Numbered from the stretch's first letter, positions 32,137-45,543 are shown. The stretch is 64,000 nucleotides of DNA from Thermoanaerobaculia bacterium (GCA_044868005.1 JBIOVX010000245.1:44939-108938); one strand, 5' to 3'. Made by a program: numbers and translations. The notes: generated from the letters alone by a model not told the origin.

Positions 32137-32306
32137 TCCAACTCCCAGTCGTGTGTTCCCCGGGACGTTTGGCCGGTTCAAGCACGGGCTGGACTCAAAG
32201 GACCCGGGAGGAGCTAGAATGGGGGCCGTTCGCGACGCTGCTTGGCGGCCTGCCTGCACCGCCGGCAGGGCTGGCGCCCGAACGCTTTGACAAAAGGGGG
32301 AACGTC

Positions 32307-32648
32307 ATGCATGGCAAGACCGCTCTGGCAAGCGTCTGCGTGGCTGTAACGCTCCTTGGCATCGTCGTCGCGGGCTGCGGCAAAGGATACCGGCAGATCG
32401 TCGTCGTCAACCAGGAAGGCGCGGAGTTCGTCACCTTCGGACCTCCGCCCAAAGAGCCCCAGCAGGTCTGGGCCCCGGGCAGGGTCATCGTCTTCCGCGT
32501 CGATTCAAATGTTCCGGGCGTTCCGAACAGCCCCGCCGGAAAGGCCGGGCACGTCTACCGCGTCACCGACGACCTGCAACTGGAGGAGGTGGGCGAATTC
32601 CAGCTCACCATTCCGAACGACACGCTGGCCTACCGGTACGGGAAGTGA
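32307..32648 (+). CDS. small lipoprotein, hypothetical
   Basis: AAGGGGG RBS. MHGKTALASVCVAVTLLGIVVAGCGK has a lipobox VAGC. Confidence 0.65.
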   Translation: MHGKTALASVCVAVTLLGIVVAGCGKGYRQIVVVNQEGAEFVTFGPPPKEPQQVWAPGRVIVFRVDSNVPGVPNSPAGKAGHVYRVTDDLQLEEVGEFQLTIPNDTLAYRYGK

Positions 32649-32719
32649 CGTAGGCGGCCAGCCGGCCTAGCAGAAAAACCTCGTAGGGCGGCCTTGGGCA
32701 GCCGCCCTTGCCCGCACGC

Positions 32720-32830
32720 CCTTAAAACAAGGGACCCAAGGGACGCCAAAGACTGCAAGGACGGTGTCGTCTGCTGTTCTTGTCGTCCTTGCTGTCCCTG
32801 TTCGTCCCTGTCGTCCCCCTGAAGGATAGA
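32720..32830. promoter_or_regulatory. second AAGGGAC-xN / GTCCCT-xN module upstream of the ECF sigma gene
   Basis: caagggacccaagggacgccaaagactgcaaggacggtgtcgtctgctgttcttgtcgtccttgctgtccctgttcgtccctgtcgtccccc. Same architecture as 23270-23345. Confidence 0.5.
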
Positions 32831-32839
32831 ATCCCGGCT

Positions 32840-33447
32840 ATGGACTCTCAACAGGAGGACGAAGGCCGCGGAACGCCCACGGCGCCGGAGGAGATCACAG
32901 CGCTCCTGCGGGCGGCCGAGGGCGGAGACCGCGCAGCCCTGGATCACCTCTTCGGACTCGTCTACGCGGAGCTCCGCAAGCTCGCCCGCCGCCAGTTGCA
33001 GGTGACGCCGCCCCAGTACACCCTCAGCACCACGGCCCTGGTGCACGAGGCCTATCTCAAGCTCTCCTCCGACATCCACTGGTCGACGCGCGACCGCTCC
33101 CACTTCTTCGCGCTCGCCGCCCGCGCCATGCGCCACATCCTGATCGACCACGCCCGCCGCCGTACGCGGCGCAAGCGCGGCGGCGCCGAAACGCCGATCT
33201 CCCTCGACGACGCGCAGGTGCCGGTGCTCGACCGCAGCGACGAGCTGCTGGCCCTGGACGAGGCGCTCGAGCGTCTGGCCGCGGTGGATCCCGAGCTGGC
33301 GCGCCTCGTGGAGTGGCGCTTCTTCGCCGGGCTCTCCGTGGAGGAGATCGCCGGCATCCTCGAAGTCTCCGACCGCACGGTGAAGCGCCAGTGGCGCGCC
33401 GCCCGCGCCTTCCTCTACCAGCAGCTCGCGCCGCCGGAAGCGAGCGC

Positions 33448-33451
<4 letters not shown>
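32840..33451 (+). CDS. ECF-family RNA polymerase sigma factor (STK-associated type)
   Basis: Sigma-70 regions 2 and 4 (..LVHEAYLKL.., ..FAGLSVEEIAGILEVSDRTVKRQW..). Stop overlaps the downstream kinase start as ATGA. Confidence 0.85.
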
Positions 33452-36059
<2,608 letters not shown>

Positions 36060-36063
<4 letters not shown>

Positions 36064-36563
36064 AACCCGATCTGCCGCCGTACACGATCCCCGCCGCCAC
36101 GGATATCGGACACGTCCACCTCAAGGTGGCCGACCTCGAACGGGCGTTGGAGTTCTATTGCGGCCTTCTCGGCTTCCAGCTCACCTCGCGCTACGGACCG
36201 CAGGCGGCCTTCGTCTCGGCCGGCGGCTATCACCATCACATCGGGCTCAACACGTGGGAGAGCCGCGGCGGCTCACCGCCGCCGCCCCGCCACACCGGCC
36301 TGTACCACGTCGCCATCCGTTACCCGACGCGCCAGGCGTTGGCCGTCGCCGTCAAGCGGCTGCTCGACGCGGGCATCCGCCTGCAAGGCGCGGCGGATCA
36401 CGGCGTCAGCGAGGCCATCTACCTCGCCGATCCGGATGAGAACGGCCTGGAGCTCTACTGGGATCGGCCGCGGGAAGAGTGGCCCCGTTCGCCGGACGGC
36501 GCACCGGTCATGCGCACCGATCCCCTGGATCTCGAGGGCCTCCTGCGCAGCGCGGCCGGCTGA
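36060..36563 (+). CDS. VOC/glyoxalase-family protein
   Basis: 168 aa. ATGA-coupled to the kinase stop. ..IGHVHLKVADLERALEFYCGLLGF.. Confidence 0.75.
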
Positions 36564-36570
36564 CGCCTCC

Positions 36571-37419
36571 TCACTTTGGATACATCTCCTTGATCATCTC
36601 GATGTCCTTCGGCGAGAGCTTCGTGTTGGAGTTCGTCGCGCCCATCCCATCCGCGAACAGCTTCCCGTCGAAGTAATAGAGCATGATCGATTTCGGATCG
36701 AATCGCGTCGCCGACACTCCCTGTGCCGAGTACTTCGACAGCACGTTGTGATTGATGTCCGCTTGCGACCAGAAATTCGGCGGGCCCTGGAAGTACCGAG
36801 TCACGGCGCTGCGATTCCATAGCCGGCTGAACTTCGGCGACTGGTGCTCGTGGATGCAGCCGATGGCGTGACCGAATTCGTGGAGAACGACCCGCGAGTA
36901 CTCGTCGTCATTCGTGTTGTCGCGCAGCCAGCCGTAGTTCATCGTCGGCTGGTGTAGCGGAAAATACGACGTATTCGTCGCGTCGCGTCCGACGGCCGAC
37001 CAGGAGCCGCTGTCGGCGAAGAAGGAGATGCGGATCTCGGCCGTCCCGGACGTAACGAATTTGAACTTGAGGTTCGCATGCTGCTCCCACTGGTGCGCGA
37101 GGGCTTCCACCTTCTTCTGCATCTTGGCGCTGCCGTCGAGGAAGCGGCAGCGCAGCGTCGAGCCGTTCGTCCACCTCTTCGAGTTGACGACGGCCATGCG
37201 GGCGATCTGCCCCATCTCGTCAGGGTCGAGGGTCCTGCGGGTGTTCGCCGCCATGGTCTCGCGCAGCGTCCGCCGCACGTCCCGCTCGGGATCGAGCTCG
37301 TCGGGGATGATCCGCTCGAAGCAGATGCGGACGGGCTCGGCCGTCTCTTCGGCGACCGGCTCCGGTGCTGTTTTCTTCGAGGTCTTCTTCGAGGTTTTCT
37401 TCGCTGCCTTCTTGGCCAT
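36571..37419 (-). CDS. astacin-like zinc metalloprotease (metzincin), no signal peptide, Lys-rich N-terminus
   Basis: HEFGHAIGCIHEH is an HExxHxxGxxHE motif. AAAGGAGA RBS. N-terminus MAKKAAKKTSKKTSKKTAPEP. Confidence 0.7.
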   Translation of the reverse strand: MAKKAAKKTSKKTSKKTAPEPVAEETAEPVRICFERIIPDELDPERDVRRTLRETMAANTRRTLDPDEMGQIARMAVVNSKRWTNGSTLRCRFLDGSAKMQKKVEALAHQWEQHANLKFKFVTSGTAEIRISFFADSGSWSAVGRDATNTSYFPLHQPTMNYGWLRDNTNDDEYSRVVLHEFGHAIGCIHEHQSPKFSRLWNRSAVTRYFQGPPNFWSQADINHNVLSKYSAQGVSATRFDPKSIMLYYFDGKLFADGMGATNSNTKLSPKDIEMIKEMYPK

Positions 37420-37494
37420 CTCCAATCTCCTTTCGCGGGGAGTCACCAATGAACAGGCGGTCAGACCCGCGGCAATGTTACGAAGGCGATGTCG

Positions 37495-38283
37495 TTACCA
37501 GCCGCTCACAAGGAGCCTGGACGCCGCCTTCATCCCACATTTCTGATAACGATTATATTCCTCGGCGGCCCGCCGGCTGACCTCCCCTCCGTCCTCACCC
37601 AGCAGCCAGCCGTCTACCGCCGCCTTCAACACATAGGCCTCGGGCGCCATCAATCCCGTCGTCCAGAGGAGCGGTCTCGCGCCAGTCTGCCGGAGAGCGC
37701 CTGCGAAGTAGGGCTTGCTGGCGCAGGCGAGGATCACGGCGTCTCGCCGGCGAGCGTCCGCACTCCTGGGAGAATCTTCCAGGCGAAAATCCATCAGGCC
37801 GTTGTGCCCGACATAGGCGACGAGATCCGCCGCGCCGCCTCCATAGAGCCTGCCCATCTTGAGAGCCTCGACGTTCCGGCCCGCGGAGAACCGCAGAAAA
37901 TCGTACGTGGCCTGCCGGATCTCCCGGCCGCGGTAGGCGTCGGCGACCAGATAGACCGGTTCTGTCCCGTGCTTGAACACGCACCGCTCCAGCACGCCCT
38001 GTTTCGGGTTCGGCGTCGTGGCGACGAGAGACCACTCCTTCGCTCGCTGGAAGAAGGTCTTCACGCCATAGGCTGCACCCCAGTAGAGATTGTTCTTCGG
38101 ATCGTCACCGTTGCCGATCTTCGGCGGCACGGGAACGATGCCTTGAAAGCGGTTGTCGCAGAGCGCTACGACGACGTGGATCAGTCTCTTCGGATTTCGC
38201 GCCTGAGGAGTCGCGGGCTGTGTCCAGGCTACGCCTGCCAGAAGAAGGAGCGAGAGGAACGCCGGCAGTGCGCGAGATCTCAA
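37495..38283 (-). CDS. secreted hypothetical protein
   Basis: 262 aa with signal peptide MRSRALPAFLSLLLLAGVAWTQP. Confidence 0.6.
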   Translation of the reverse strand: MRSRALPAFLSLLLLAGVAWTQPATPQARNPKRLIHVVVALCDNRFQGIVPVPPKIGNGDDPKNNLYWGAAYGVKTFFQRAKEWSLVATTPNPKQGVLERCVFKHGTEPVYLVADAYRGREIRQATYDFLRFSAGRNVEALKMGRLYGGGAADLVAYVGHNGLMDFRLEDSPRSADARRRDAVILACASKPYFAGALRQTGARPLLWTTGLMAPEAYVLKAAVDGWLLGEDGGEVSRRAAEEYNRYQKCGMKAASRLLVSGW

Positions 38284-38301
38284 GACCGCCTCGGAGCCCG
38301 G

Positions 38302-39264
38302 CTACGGCACCCGCCCTTCGAGGATGGCGCAGAGCTTCGCGGCGTCGAGGTTGCCGCCGGAGACGATGCAGACGATCTTGCGCGCCTCCGGAACGCCCTT
38401 CAGGGCCACGGCCACCGGCGTGGCGCCCGCGCCCTCGGCGATGACGCGATGGCGTTCGGCCAGCAGGCGGACGGCGGCCGCAATCTCCTCGATGGAAGCG
38501 GCGAGAGCTCCGGCGAGCAGCCTGCTGACGATCGGCCACATGTCGGGAAGGAGGCTCTTGCCGCCGATGCCGTCGACGAAGCTCGGCTTGTACTCGATAG
38601 TCTGCGCCGAGCCGGCGGCAAAGGACGCGGCGAGCGGCGCGGCGGTGGACACCTCGCAGCCGTAGACGCGCGCTTCCGGACGCAGAGCGGCGAGCGCGGC
38701 GGCGATGCCGCTGGAGAGCCCGCCGCCGCCGAAGGGAACGAGCACGGTATCCACGTCCGGGAGGTCTTCGAGGATCTCCAGGCCGATGGTGCCGTTGCCC
38801 GCCATCACCGCCCGGTCCGCCACGGGATGGATGAAAAGCCCGTCGAGCCCCGGAAAGGAGTTCTCCTCGATCACTTGCCACCAGCGCTCAAACGGCACCT
38901 TGACCACCCGGCCGCCGAGGCGCTCGATGGCGGCGAGCTTGGTGGCCGGCGCGTGCTCGGGCACGACCACGGCGGCCGGCACGCCGAGCTCGCGGGCGCT
39001 CCACGCCACCCCCTGCGCCATGTTGCCGGCGCTCGCCGTGTAAACGCCGTCGCGCAGCTTTTCGGCCCCGGCCAGGCGCATGGCGTTGGCGGCGCCGCGC
39101 AGCTTGAAGCAGCCGATCGGCTGCAGGTTCTCCAGCTTGAGCCAGACCTCGGCGCCGGCGCCGTCGGCATTGAGGCGCACGAGCGGCGTGCGCACAACGG
39201 TTCCGGCAAGGCGCTCGCGGGCGGCGCGGATGTCGTCGAGGCCAGGAGCAGTCAGATTCCTCAT
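38302..39264 (-). CDS. PLP-dependent threonine/serine dehydratase family protein
   Basis: Start at the internal ATG 39264, ATGA-coupled. PLP-Lys motif GCFKLRGA and a Gly-rich loop VPFGGGGL. Confidence 0.8.
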   Translation of the reverse strand: MRNLTAPGLDDIRAARERLAGTVVRTPLVRLNADGAGAEVWLKLENLQPIGCFKLRGAANAMRLAGAEKLRDGVYTASAGNMAQGVAWSARELGVPAAVVVPEHAPATKLAAIERLGGRVVKVPFERWWQVIEENSFPGLDGLFIHPVADRAVMAGNGTIGLEILEDLPDVDTVLVPFGGGGLSSGIAAALAALRPEARVYGCEVSTAAPLAASFAAGSAQTIEYKPSFVDGIGGKSLLPDMWPIVSRLLAGALAASIEEIAAAVRLLAERHRVIAEGAGATPVAVALKGVPEARKIVCIVSGGNLDAAKLCAILEGRVP

Positions 39265-40247
39265 TGATTGTGCATGACCTGGAAGTTGATCGTCAGGACG
39301 TAGTACACCTTCACGGGCTTGCCCTCCAGCGTGGCGGGAGAGAACACCCATTGCCGGACTGCCGCCATGGCGGACTCGGTCAAACCGTCGGGCAGTTCCT
39401 GGAGAGCTCTAATGTTGCGGACGCAACCCTCATCGTCAATGATGGCCTCTACGATCACCGTTCCGCGCGTGCCCGCCCGGCGCGCCTTCTCCGAGTATTC
39501 GGGTTTTACCTGTCTGATGATCTCGGGGCGGTGGACTTCGCCCTCGACCCGCATTGGCGCCACAGCGAGGATCTCAGGCAGGGGATTCTCGCCCTCGCTC
39601 GGACTCGGCGCCGCAGCCTGCTCCTCCCCGGGCGAAGGCGCGTCTTCAGGCTGGTAGGCGCGCGCCATGCACAGCAGGACACGCGCCTCCTTGAGCGCTG
39701 TGCCCTCAGGCCCCGCCTCCTTCATATAAAGGCGCGCCGCTTCCACCGTCTCGGCCCACTTCTGCTGCCGGGCCAGCACCTCCGCGAGGTTGTAGCGGGC
39801 GAGGGCTCCCCACGCGCCGCCGAGCTCCGCCCCCCGGCGCAGAGCCTCCTCGGCCTTGCTCAGCGCGTCGGGACCTCCCCGCGCCACGAGCGCAACTCCG
39901 AGCTGGTCATAGGCACGCGCCTGCAGACCGGAAGATTTCAACAGAGGGATGGCCTGCTGCGCGGCATCCACGGCCCGATCCCACTTCTTGTCTCCGGCGT
40001 AGACGTGCGAGAAACCCAGGAGGCATTCGCCGCAGGGCCCCCCCGCCAGCGCCGCCGCCTTTTCGAGCTCCCCTTGGGCCAAGCTGAATTTCCCTTCTGA
40101 AATGAGCCGGTAAGCCCGCTCCAGAACGCTTTCCAAGGTCTCCTGGGGCGCCGGCGGGGGCGGCGTCTTCTCTTCTTGCGAGAAGATCGGGGCCGTTCCG
40201 CAGACCGCAAGGATCGCGAAGGCGGAGAGGAGGAAGCGAAATCTCAT
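39261..40247 (-). CDS. TonB-family protein with TPR repeats and C-terminal TonB domain
   Basis: Signal peptide, TPR region, Pro-rich linker, then TonB_C (GTVIVEAIIDDEGCVRNIRALQ..KPVKVYYVLTINF). Confidence 0.75.
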   Translation of the reverse strand: MRFRFLLSAFAILAVCGTAPIFSQEEKTPPPPAPQETLESVLERAYRLISEGKFSLAQGELEKAAALAGGPCGECLLGFSHVYAGDKKWDRAVDAAQQAIPLLKSSGLQARAYDQLGVALVARGGPDALSKAEEALRRGAELGGAWGALARYNLAEVLARQQKWAETVEAARLYMKEAGPEGTALKEARVLLCMARAYQPEDAPSPGEEQAAAPSPSEGENPLPEILAVAPMRVEGEVHRPEIIRQVKPEYSEKARRAGTRGTVIVEAIIDDEGCVRNIRALQELPDGLTESAMAAVRQWVFSPATLEGKPVKVYYVLTINFQVMHNQ

Positions 40248-40265
40248 CCGGACTAGATTACAGGA

Positions 40266-41627
40266 TTACCGAGGTGCTCCGTAGACCTCGGTCTGGGGAA
40301 AGAACCCGTACCAGGCGAACCAGAAGGAGACGTGCCCGGGCACGCGGTCGAGGCGCGGCGCGTTGCCGGTTGCCGGAAGCAAGGCCTCTTCGGTGAGCCG
40401 CCAAGCGCGACCGGCTTCGTCCCGCAGCTCGCGGTCCTCGCGCCCTGCGGCGAAGGTGCGGCCGCCGCGGCGGTAGGCGCGCACGGCGCCGGACTTCGGA
40501 TCTCCGATCACCACCAGATCCACGTCGCCGAGGCGGTCGTTCACCACCTTTTCCTGCAGGATCCGCTCGACCGGATAGGCCTTGGCGAGCTGTCCGATCC
40601 GCAGCGCGTAGACCTCGGCCTTGGGCTCGAGGGCCTTGCTCTTCAGCCAGACCGGAAAGGAGACCCCGGCGCGGGCGCGGTCCGCGGCGCCCGGCGTGTA
40701 GGTGTAATTCCAGCGCCGCCCGAAGCTATCGCCGAGCTTGAGGACCGTGGTGTCGGGATGCGCGGAGCGCCATCCTTCCCATGTCGTCACCGTCGCCGGC
40801 AGGACCTCGAGGCGGACCGGGCTCTGCGCCAGCCGCCCGACCACGGGCTCGCCGGTCAGGTTGCTCCACAGCGTGTACGTCTGGCGGTCGAACATCAGCT
40901 TGTTGCTGCGGTAAAGGAGGCCCGAGGTGCCGAAGGTGCGCCGGCCTCCCTCCGGCGTCTTTCCGGAGTAGGCGATCCCGGAGTTGCACAGCGTGCAGAA
41001 GCTGAGCGTCACCGGCTCGCCTCCTACCACGTCGTTGACCATCTCGTGCCAGCTCAGGTACCGCAGCGGATAGGCGTGATGCGCGCCGCCCACGCTCACC
41101 CCGAAGACCAGCTCGTGATCGCCGAGGAAGCCGGCCTCCGCGGCGGGCACGCGCGGCGGATCTTCCAGGGCGGGAATGCCGTCGAGCTTGACGCCGCCCC
41201 AGACGATCTCCTCCAGGCGGATGCGGACCGGCGCGTCCCGATAGAAGACCTTTTCATAGGCGCGATCGATGCGGGAGAGCAGCGAGAGCTTCCACTCCAT
41301 ATACCCGGGCCTGCCGGCGAGATCCGTGCGGCGGCCCACGAGCTCGACCCAGTCGTGGTAACCCGTGCCGGCGTTCTCGCCGGTGAGGCCGCGGAGCACC
41401 TCCAGCACCTCCGCGCGGGCCAGCTTCGGCGTGAAGAACAGGGCGTCGACGAGCGCGGGGACGAGAGATACATCGCGGCCCTTGAGGAGCTTGCGCGCCG
41501 CCTCACCGCGCTCGTCGTCCTGCTTCGACATCAACTGCCGCACGAGAGCGTAGCCTTCCTCGAACGGCGTCGCGGCGAGCAGCAGGATCGCCGGCGCGGC
41601 GAGCAGGATGGAGCGAGGCTTTCTCAC
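40266..41627 (-). CDS. DUF3179 domain protein, secreted
   Basis: 453 aa with a signal peptide. DUF3179 core YPLRYLSWHEMVNDVVGGEPVTLSFCTLCNSGIAY. Confidence 0.75.
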   Translation of the reverse strand: MRKPRSILLAAPAILLLAATPFEEGYALVRQLMSKQDDERGEAARKLLKGRDVSLVPALVDALFFTPKLARAEVLEVLRGLTGENAGTGYHDWVELVGRRTDLAGRPGYMEWKLSLLSRIDRAYEKVFYRDAPVRIRLEEIVWGGVKLDGIPALEDPPRVPAAEAGFLGDHELVFGVSVGGAHHAYPLRYLSWHEMVNDVVGGEPVTLSFCTLCNSGIAYSGKTPEGGRRTFGTSGLLYRSNKLMFDRQTYTLWSNLTGEPVVGRLAQSPVRLEVLPATVTTWEGWRSAHPDTTVLKLGDSFGRRWNYTYTPGAADRARAGVSFPVWLKSKALEPKAEVYALRIGQLAKAYPVERILQEKVVNDRLGDVDLVVIGDPKSGAVRAYRRGGRTFAAGREDRELRDEAGRAWRLTEEALLPATGNAPRLDRVPGHVSFWFAWYGFFPQTEVYGAPR

Positions 41628-41628
41628 T

Positions 41629-42549
41629 TCAGTCGATCGCCGGCCGCGCCGCGGAGAGCGCCGCCGTGGCCACGTCGTGCACCGGAGTCTCGACGCCGGC
41701 CTGCCTGCCGAGCCGGGAGACGGCGCCGCTCAAGTCTTCGATTTCCGTGGGCCCGCCGGACTCCAGATCGAGCAGGAAACTCGGCTTGGTGGGATCCGGC
41801 AAGGAATCGACGAAACGGAGGATGTCCGCCTCCTCGTTGCCGGTCAGCGCCACGCCGCGAGCCCGGGCGACGGCGAGCACCTCGCGCAGCGCCCGCTCGA
41901 TCAGCAGGCGCCCCAGCGGCGCATTGCGGATCGGGCCGACGGAGGAACGGGCCAAGCCGCAAGCGGCGGACATGGTGGCGATGAAGGCGAGCTTCCGCCA
42001 CAGGTCGGCGGTGATGTCGGCCGAGGCGCGGGCGTCCACGCCGGCCTCGCGGAAGATCGCGGCGATGCGCTCCGCACGCTCGGAGAGGCCGCCTTGCCGC
42101 TCGCCGGCGACCACCCGCTGAAAGGCGCTGCGGCGCTCGACGATGCCCGGCCCGACGCGCACGGCGCTGATCTCCGTCAGCCCGCCGAGCACCTGCTGAT
42201 CCGGCACGCCGGAGGCGACGAGCCGGTCGGCGGCGTCCACGCCGTTGAGCAGAGGCAGGATGATGGCGCCGGCCTCGGCCAGGATCTTCGCCGCCGGAGC
42301 GATCTCCGCCAGCGAGTAGTTCTTGACGGCGACGATCGTCAGCTCGGCCGCCCCCAGCTCCCGAGGATCATCGCTCGCCTCGACCGCGACGGTGAACGTC
42401 CCCTCCGGCGTGCGCACCTCCATGCCCCGCGCGCGCAACGCTGCGAGATGCGCCCCGCGCGCCAGCATGGCCACCTGATGCCCGGCGCGGGCAAGGATGC
42501 CGCCGTAATAGCCGCCGACGCCTCCCGCTCCCAGGATCGCGATCCTCAT
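41629..42549 (-). CDS. panE: 2-dehydropantoate 2-reductase
   Basis: 306 aa. N-terminal Rossmann fold MRIAILGAGGVGGYYG and ApbA/PanE colinearity. Confidence 0.85.
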   Translation of the reverse strand: MRIAILGAGGVGGYYGGILARAGHQVAMLARGAHLAALRARGMEVRTPEGTFTVAVEASDDPRELGAAELTIVAVKNYSLAEIAPAAKILAEAGAIILPLLNGVDAADRLVASGVPDQQVLGGLTEISAVRVGPGIVERRSAFQRVVAGERQGGLSERAERIAAIFREAGVDARASADITADLWRKLAFIATMSAACGLARSSVGPIRNAPLGRLLIERALREVLAVARARGVALTGNEEADILRFVDSLPDPTKPSFLLDLESGGPTEIEDLSGAVSRLGRQAGVETPVHDVATAALSAARPAID

Positions 42550-42655
42550 CGTTCAGCCTCCCGGCGCCCGATCCCTGCGCCGGAAGGGACCTTATCAAAG
42601 CCGCTCTCGCGTCAATCTGAGGACCAAATCGGCAAGCCTGTTTCCGAGCCCTGGA

Positions 42656-43342
42656 CTACGCCGCCCGCGCCATCATCCGGCGCGCCACTTCGGCTTCGGC
42701 GCGGCGACGGATCCCCAGCATCATCTTCCGCTCCATGATGAAGTGCGCGGGATCGAAGACCACGAAGCGGAGCGGGCCTTCTTTGGCACCGCTGCGCGAG
42801 CGCACGAGGAAGCGGGTGGTGCGATCGTCGATCGGCTCGAGAATCATCGCCCAAGTTCCGTGCGGTGCGACGCCCGTCTTCCCCATCGCCTCATAGTCCT
42901 CCGGGGTTACCGTGACGATGGCACGTCCGGGATCGAGCCGCGCCACCCGGGCGCAACCTTTCCCGCCATACCTCTCGCGCGGCGTCATCCAGACGGTGTC
43001 GCCCACCTGCCGGCTCTGGCATTCCGGAAGGATGCGATCGGCGTTGCGTATGCTGGCTCCGAACAGGTTCTCCAACCAAGTATAGCTATAGAAGCCGCCG
43101 CGGTCCTGGCCGATCTGGACAAGCCAGGGCCAGACGAGCTCCACCGGCGCGTGGATCGTGATAGCGCGCGTCGCCTCGGAGACGGGATTGGGAGATAGCT
43201 CGTCGCCGGGCAGGGTTTTGTCGAGCTCCTCGTCCGTCGCGCCCCAACGCAGGAACAAGGGCCGGGTTGCCAGACCGATCGTCGCAAGGGCCGCCGCGCC
43301 GGACGCCGCGGCCGCGAGGGTAGTGCCAAATCTCGCCTTCAT
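42656..43342 (-). CDS. secreted SRPBCC-like hypothetical protein
   Basis: 228 aa with a signal peptide. Confidence 0.45.
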   Translation of the reverse strand: MKARFGTTLAAAASGAAALATIGLATRPLFLRWGATDEELDKTLPGDELSPNPVSEATRAITIHAPVELVWPWLVQIGQDRGGFYSYTWLENLFGASIRNADRILPECQSRQVGDTVWMTPRERYGGKGCARVARLDPGRAIVTVTPEDYEAMGKTGVAPHGTWAMILEPIDDRTTRFLVRSRSGAKEGPLRFVVFDPAHFIMERKMMLGIRRRAEAEVARRMMARAA

Positions 43343-43722
43343 AAATGCCTCCTGGAGCCGGAGACTCCTGGCTCCGCCTCAAGGATGACCCCCTGGCGGC
43401 CCGAGGGAACCGATCCGACGGGTGGTTTTTCGAGACGCGAAAGGGTGGGGCACGGCGAGATCCAGCTCGTCCGTAAGGGAAGGGCGCATCACGAGGGGCT
43501 CTACAAGCGCCGGAGCGGCACCTCCTGACGCCTCAATGGGAACGTAGTCGATCTCCTGCAGTAGACCGCTTGACCCCGCAGCATCCCTAGTGGTAGGTTA
43601 TTGCTTGTCGACGTACGGACTGAAGGACCTAGGCATCCCCTCGCTCCAGCAGTCGTGTTTCGTCGACGCCTTGTTAACCGAGAGGTCGCCAACCCTTCCT
43701 CTCACTTAAGAAGGAGCCGGCC

Positions 43723-45543
43723 ATGAGTCTATCCCTCGCCCATTCGGGCACGCTTCCCATTTCCGTCGCGCAGATTGGCTTCATGCTTGAACGCATGGCC
43801 AAGGATTGCAGCGAGCTGCAGTTTCTCCGCGAGCTGACCCAAAACTCAATCGAGTCGATCCTCCGACTCCCCGAGAAAAAGGGGGAGATTTTGTGGGACG
43901 TCGACTGGATCACCTACGACCTCACCGGCGTCTACAAGCTTTGTATCACCGATAATGGTGATGGTATGACCGGAGAGGACATGATCAAGTACATCAATCA
44001 CCTGTCGTCGTCTGGCGGCGTCCAGGCGCACAACGCCAACTACGGCGTCGGTGCAAAGATCGCGGCGGCGACACGGAACCCCGCGGGCCTCGTGTATCTG
44101 TCTTGGCGTGACGGCGTTGGCTCGATGATTCACTTCTGGAGAGATCCTCAGACCGGTGACTACGGATTGATGCAGCTCAAACGTCCCGATGAATCGTGGG
44201 GACATTGGGCGCATGTCGAGGATTCGGTAAAGCCCGACCTAATCCCTTCGCACGGTACCAAGGTCGTGTTGAACGGACGAACAGAGGATTCAAACACCAT
44301 GATCGCGCCTGAAGGCGCGGCCAGCCCATCACGGTGGGTTACGAGGTATCTCAACACTAGGTATTTCAGGTTTCCCAAGGGGATCACGGTCAAGGCTCGT
44401 GAGGGCTGGGAGAACGACCCCGGTGATAAAGATCGTAATGTCTTGCGCACAATCATTGGCCAAGAGCGATACTTGAACGACCATGCAGTATCCTCCGGCG
44501 CAGTCGGTCTTACGAATGCGCGTGTCCACTGGTGGATCTTGCGTAACGAGAGCGCGCTGACGCAAAACACGGGGTTTATCGCCTCCTCGGGTCACTGTGC
44601 TGCACTCTGGAAAGATGAGCTGTACGAAATAACGGTAGGCCGGGCTAACACGGCCGCACTGCAGAATTTCGGCATTATCTTTGGCTACCAGCAGGTCGTC
44701 CTCTATGTAGAGCCGTTAGAGTCACCGGGTGTAGAAATTCTCACGAACACGGCACGAACCAACCTCCTCTTGAACGGAAACCCACTTCCATGGGCAGACT
44801 GGCAGGACGAGTTCCGAGAGCTGATGCCTAAAGAGATCGTGGCGCATATGGAGGCCGCAGCGGCTGCCTCCCGAGCGTCTGATCACAAGGACTCAATCAA
44901 GGATCGTCTGAAGCAGATCGAAGAACTATTCAAGCTCAGCCGATATCGCCCCACCACGGGCGGCACGCTCCTGGTCTCTGGAGAAACGCAAGCCGCCGGT
45001 GGAGGAAGGCGCTCAGGGAACAGCAAGTCACAAGGTGCAAGCGCCGCTGGTTCAAACCCTGGAAAAACTCCGTCTGTTTACTCGTTGTTCCTCACGGACA
45101 CTGGAGTCCCGGGTGCCGAAGCGAGGCCCGACTCATTCCCGCAGGTCGTATGGGTAAGCACAGCCGACTCAACACGAGCCGTAGGCGACATGGAGGATCG
45201 TGCCGCAAAGTACCTCGAAAAGGATAACATGCTGCAAATCAATGCTGACTTTCGGGTGTTTATCGATATGATCAAACGATGGTCGGAGCATTTCGCAGCC
45301 GTACCGGGTGCGCAAGCCATCGTTTCTGAGGTGGTTCGCGAGTGGTTTGAGCAGTCGCTGGTCGAAGCTGTACTCAGCTCACATGCACTGAGGAACTCTC
45401 AGCATTGGTCGGTGGACAACGTTCGACAGATGCTCTCGGAAGAAGGGCTTACCGCTGTCGTACTTCCCCGGTGGCACATCGAGCAGAGCATCAAGCGCGC
45501 GCTCGGCTCCAAGTTTGGGGCACTGAAGGGCAAGGCGGCATAG
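43723..45543 (+). CDS. GHKL-superfamily ATPase (HATPase_c_3/MORC-like) with uncharacterised C-terminal region
   Basis: 606 aa. AAGGAG RBS. Bergerat-fold motifs: N-box LRELTQNSIES, G1 ITDNGDGMTGEDM, G2 NYGVGAKIAA. Low GC. Confidence 0.75.
   Translation: MSLSLAHSGTLPISVAQIGFMLERMAKDCSELQFLRELTQNSIESILRLPEKKGEILWDVDWITYDLTGVYKLCITDNGDGMTGEDMIKYINHLSSSGGVQAHNANYGVGAKIAAATRNPAGLVYLSWRDGVGSMIHFWRDPQTGDYGLMQLKRPDESWGHWAHVEDSVKPDLIPSHGTKVVLNGRTEDSNTMIAPEGAASPSRWVTRYLNTRYFRFPKGITVKAREGWENDPGDKDRNVLRTIIGQERYLNDHAVSSGAVGLTNARVHWWILRNESALTQNTGFIASSGHCAALWKDELYEITVGRANTAALQNFGIIFGYQQVVLYVEPLESPGVEILTNTARTNLLLNGNPLPWADWQDEFRELMPKEIVAHMEAAAAASRASDHKDSIKDRLKQIEELFKLSRYRPTTGGTLLVSGETQAAGGGRRSGNSKSQGASAAGSNPGKTPSVYSLFLTDTGVPGAEARPDSFPQVVWVSTADSTRAVGDMEDRAAKYLEKDNMLQINADFRVFIDMIKRWSEHFAAVPGAQAIVSEVVREWFEQSLVEAVLSSHALRNSQHWSVDNVRQMLSEEGLTAVVLPRWHIEQSIKRALGSKFGALKGKAA

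Noticed and set aside
43343-43722. Possible tRNA or att site at the left border of the low-GC islet
   Set aside because: No cloverleaf-compatible sequence such as a GTTCGAATC-like T-loop, and no direct repeat matching the right border, found by eye. This needs tRNAscan and BLAST.
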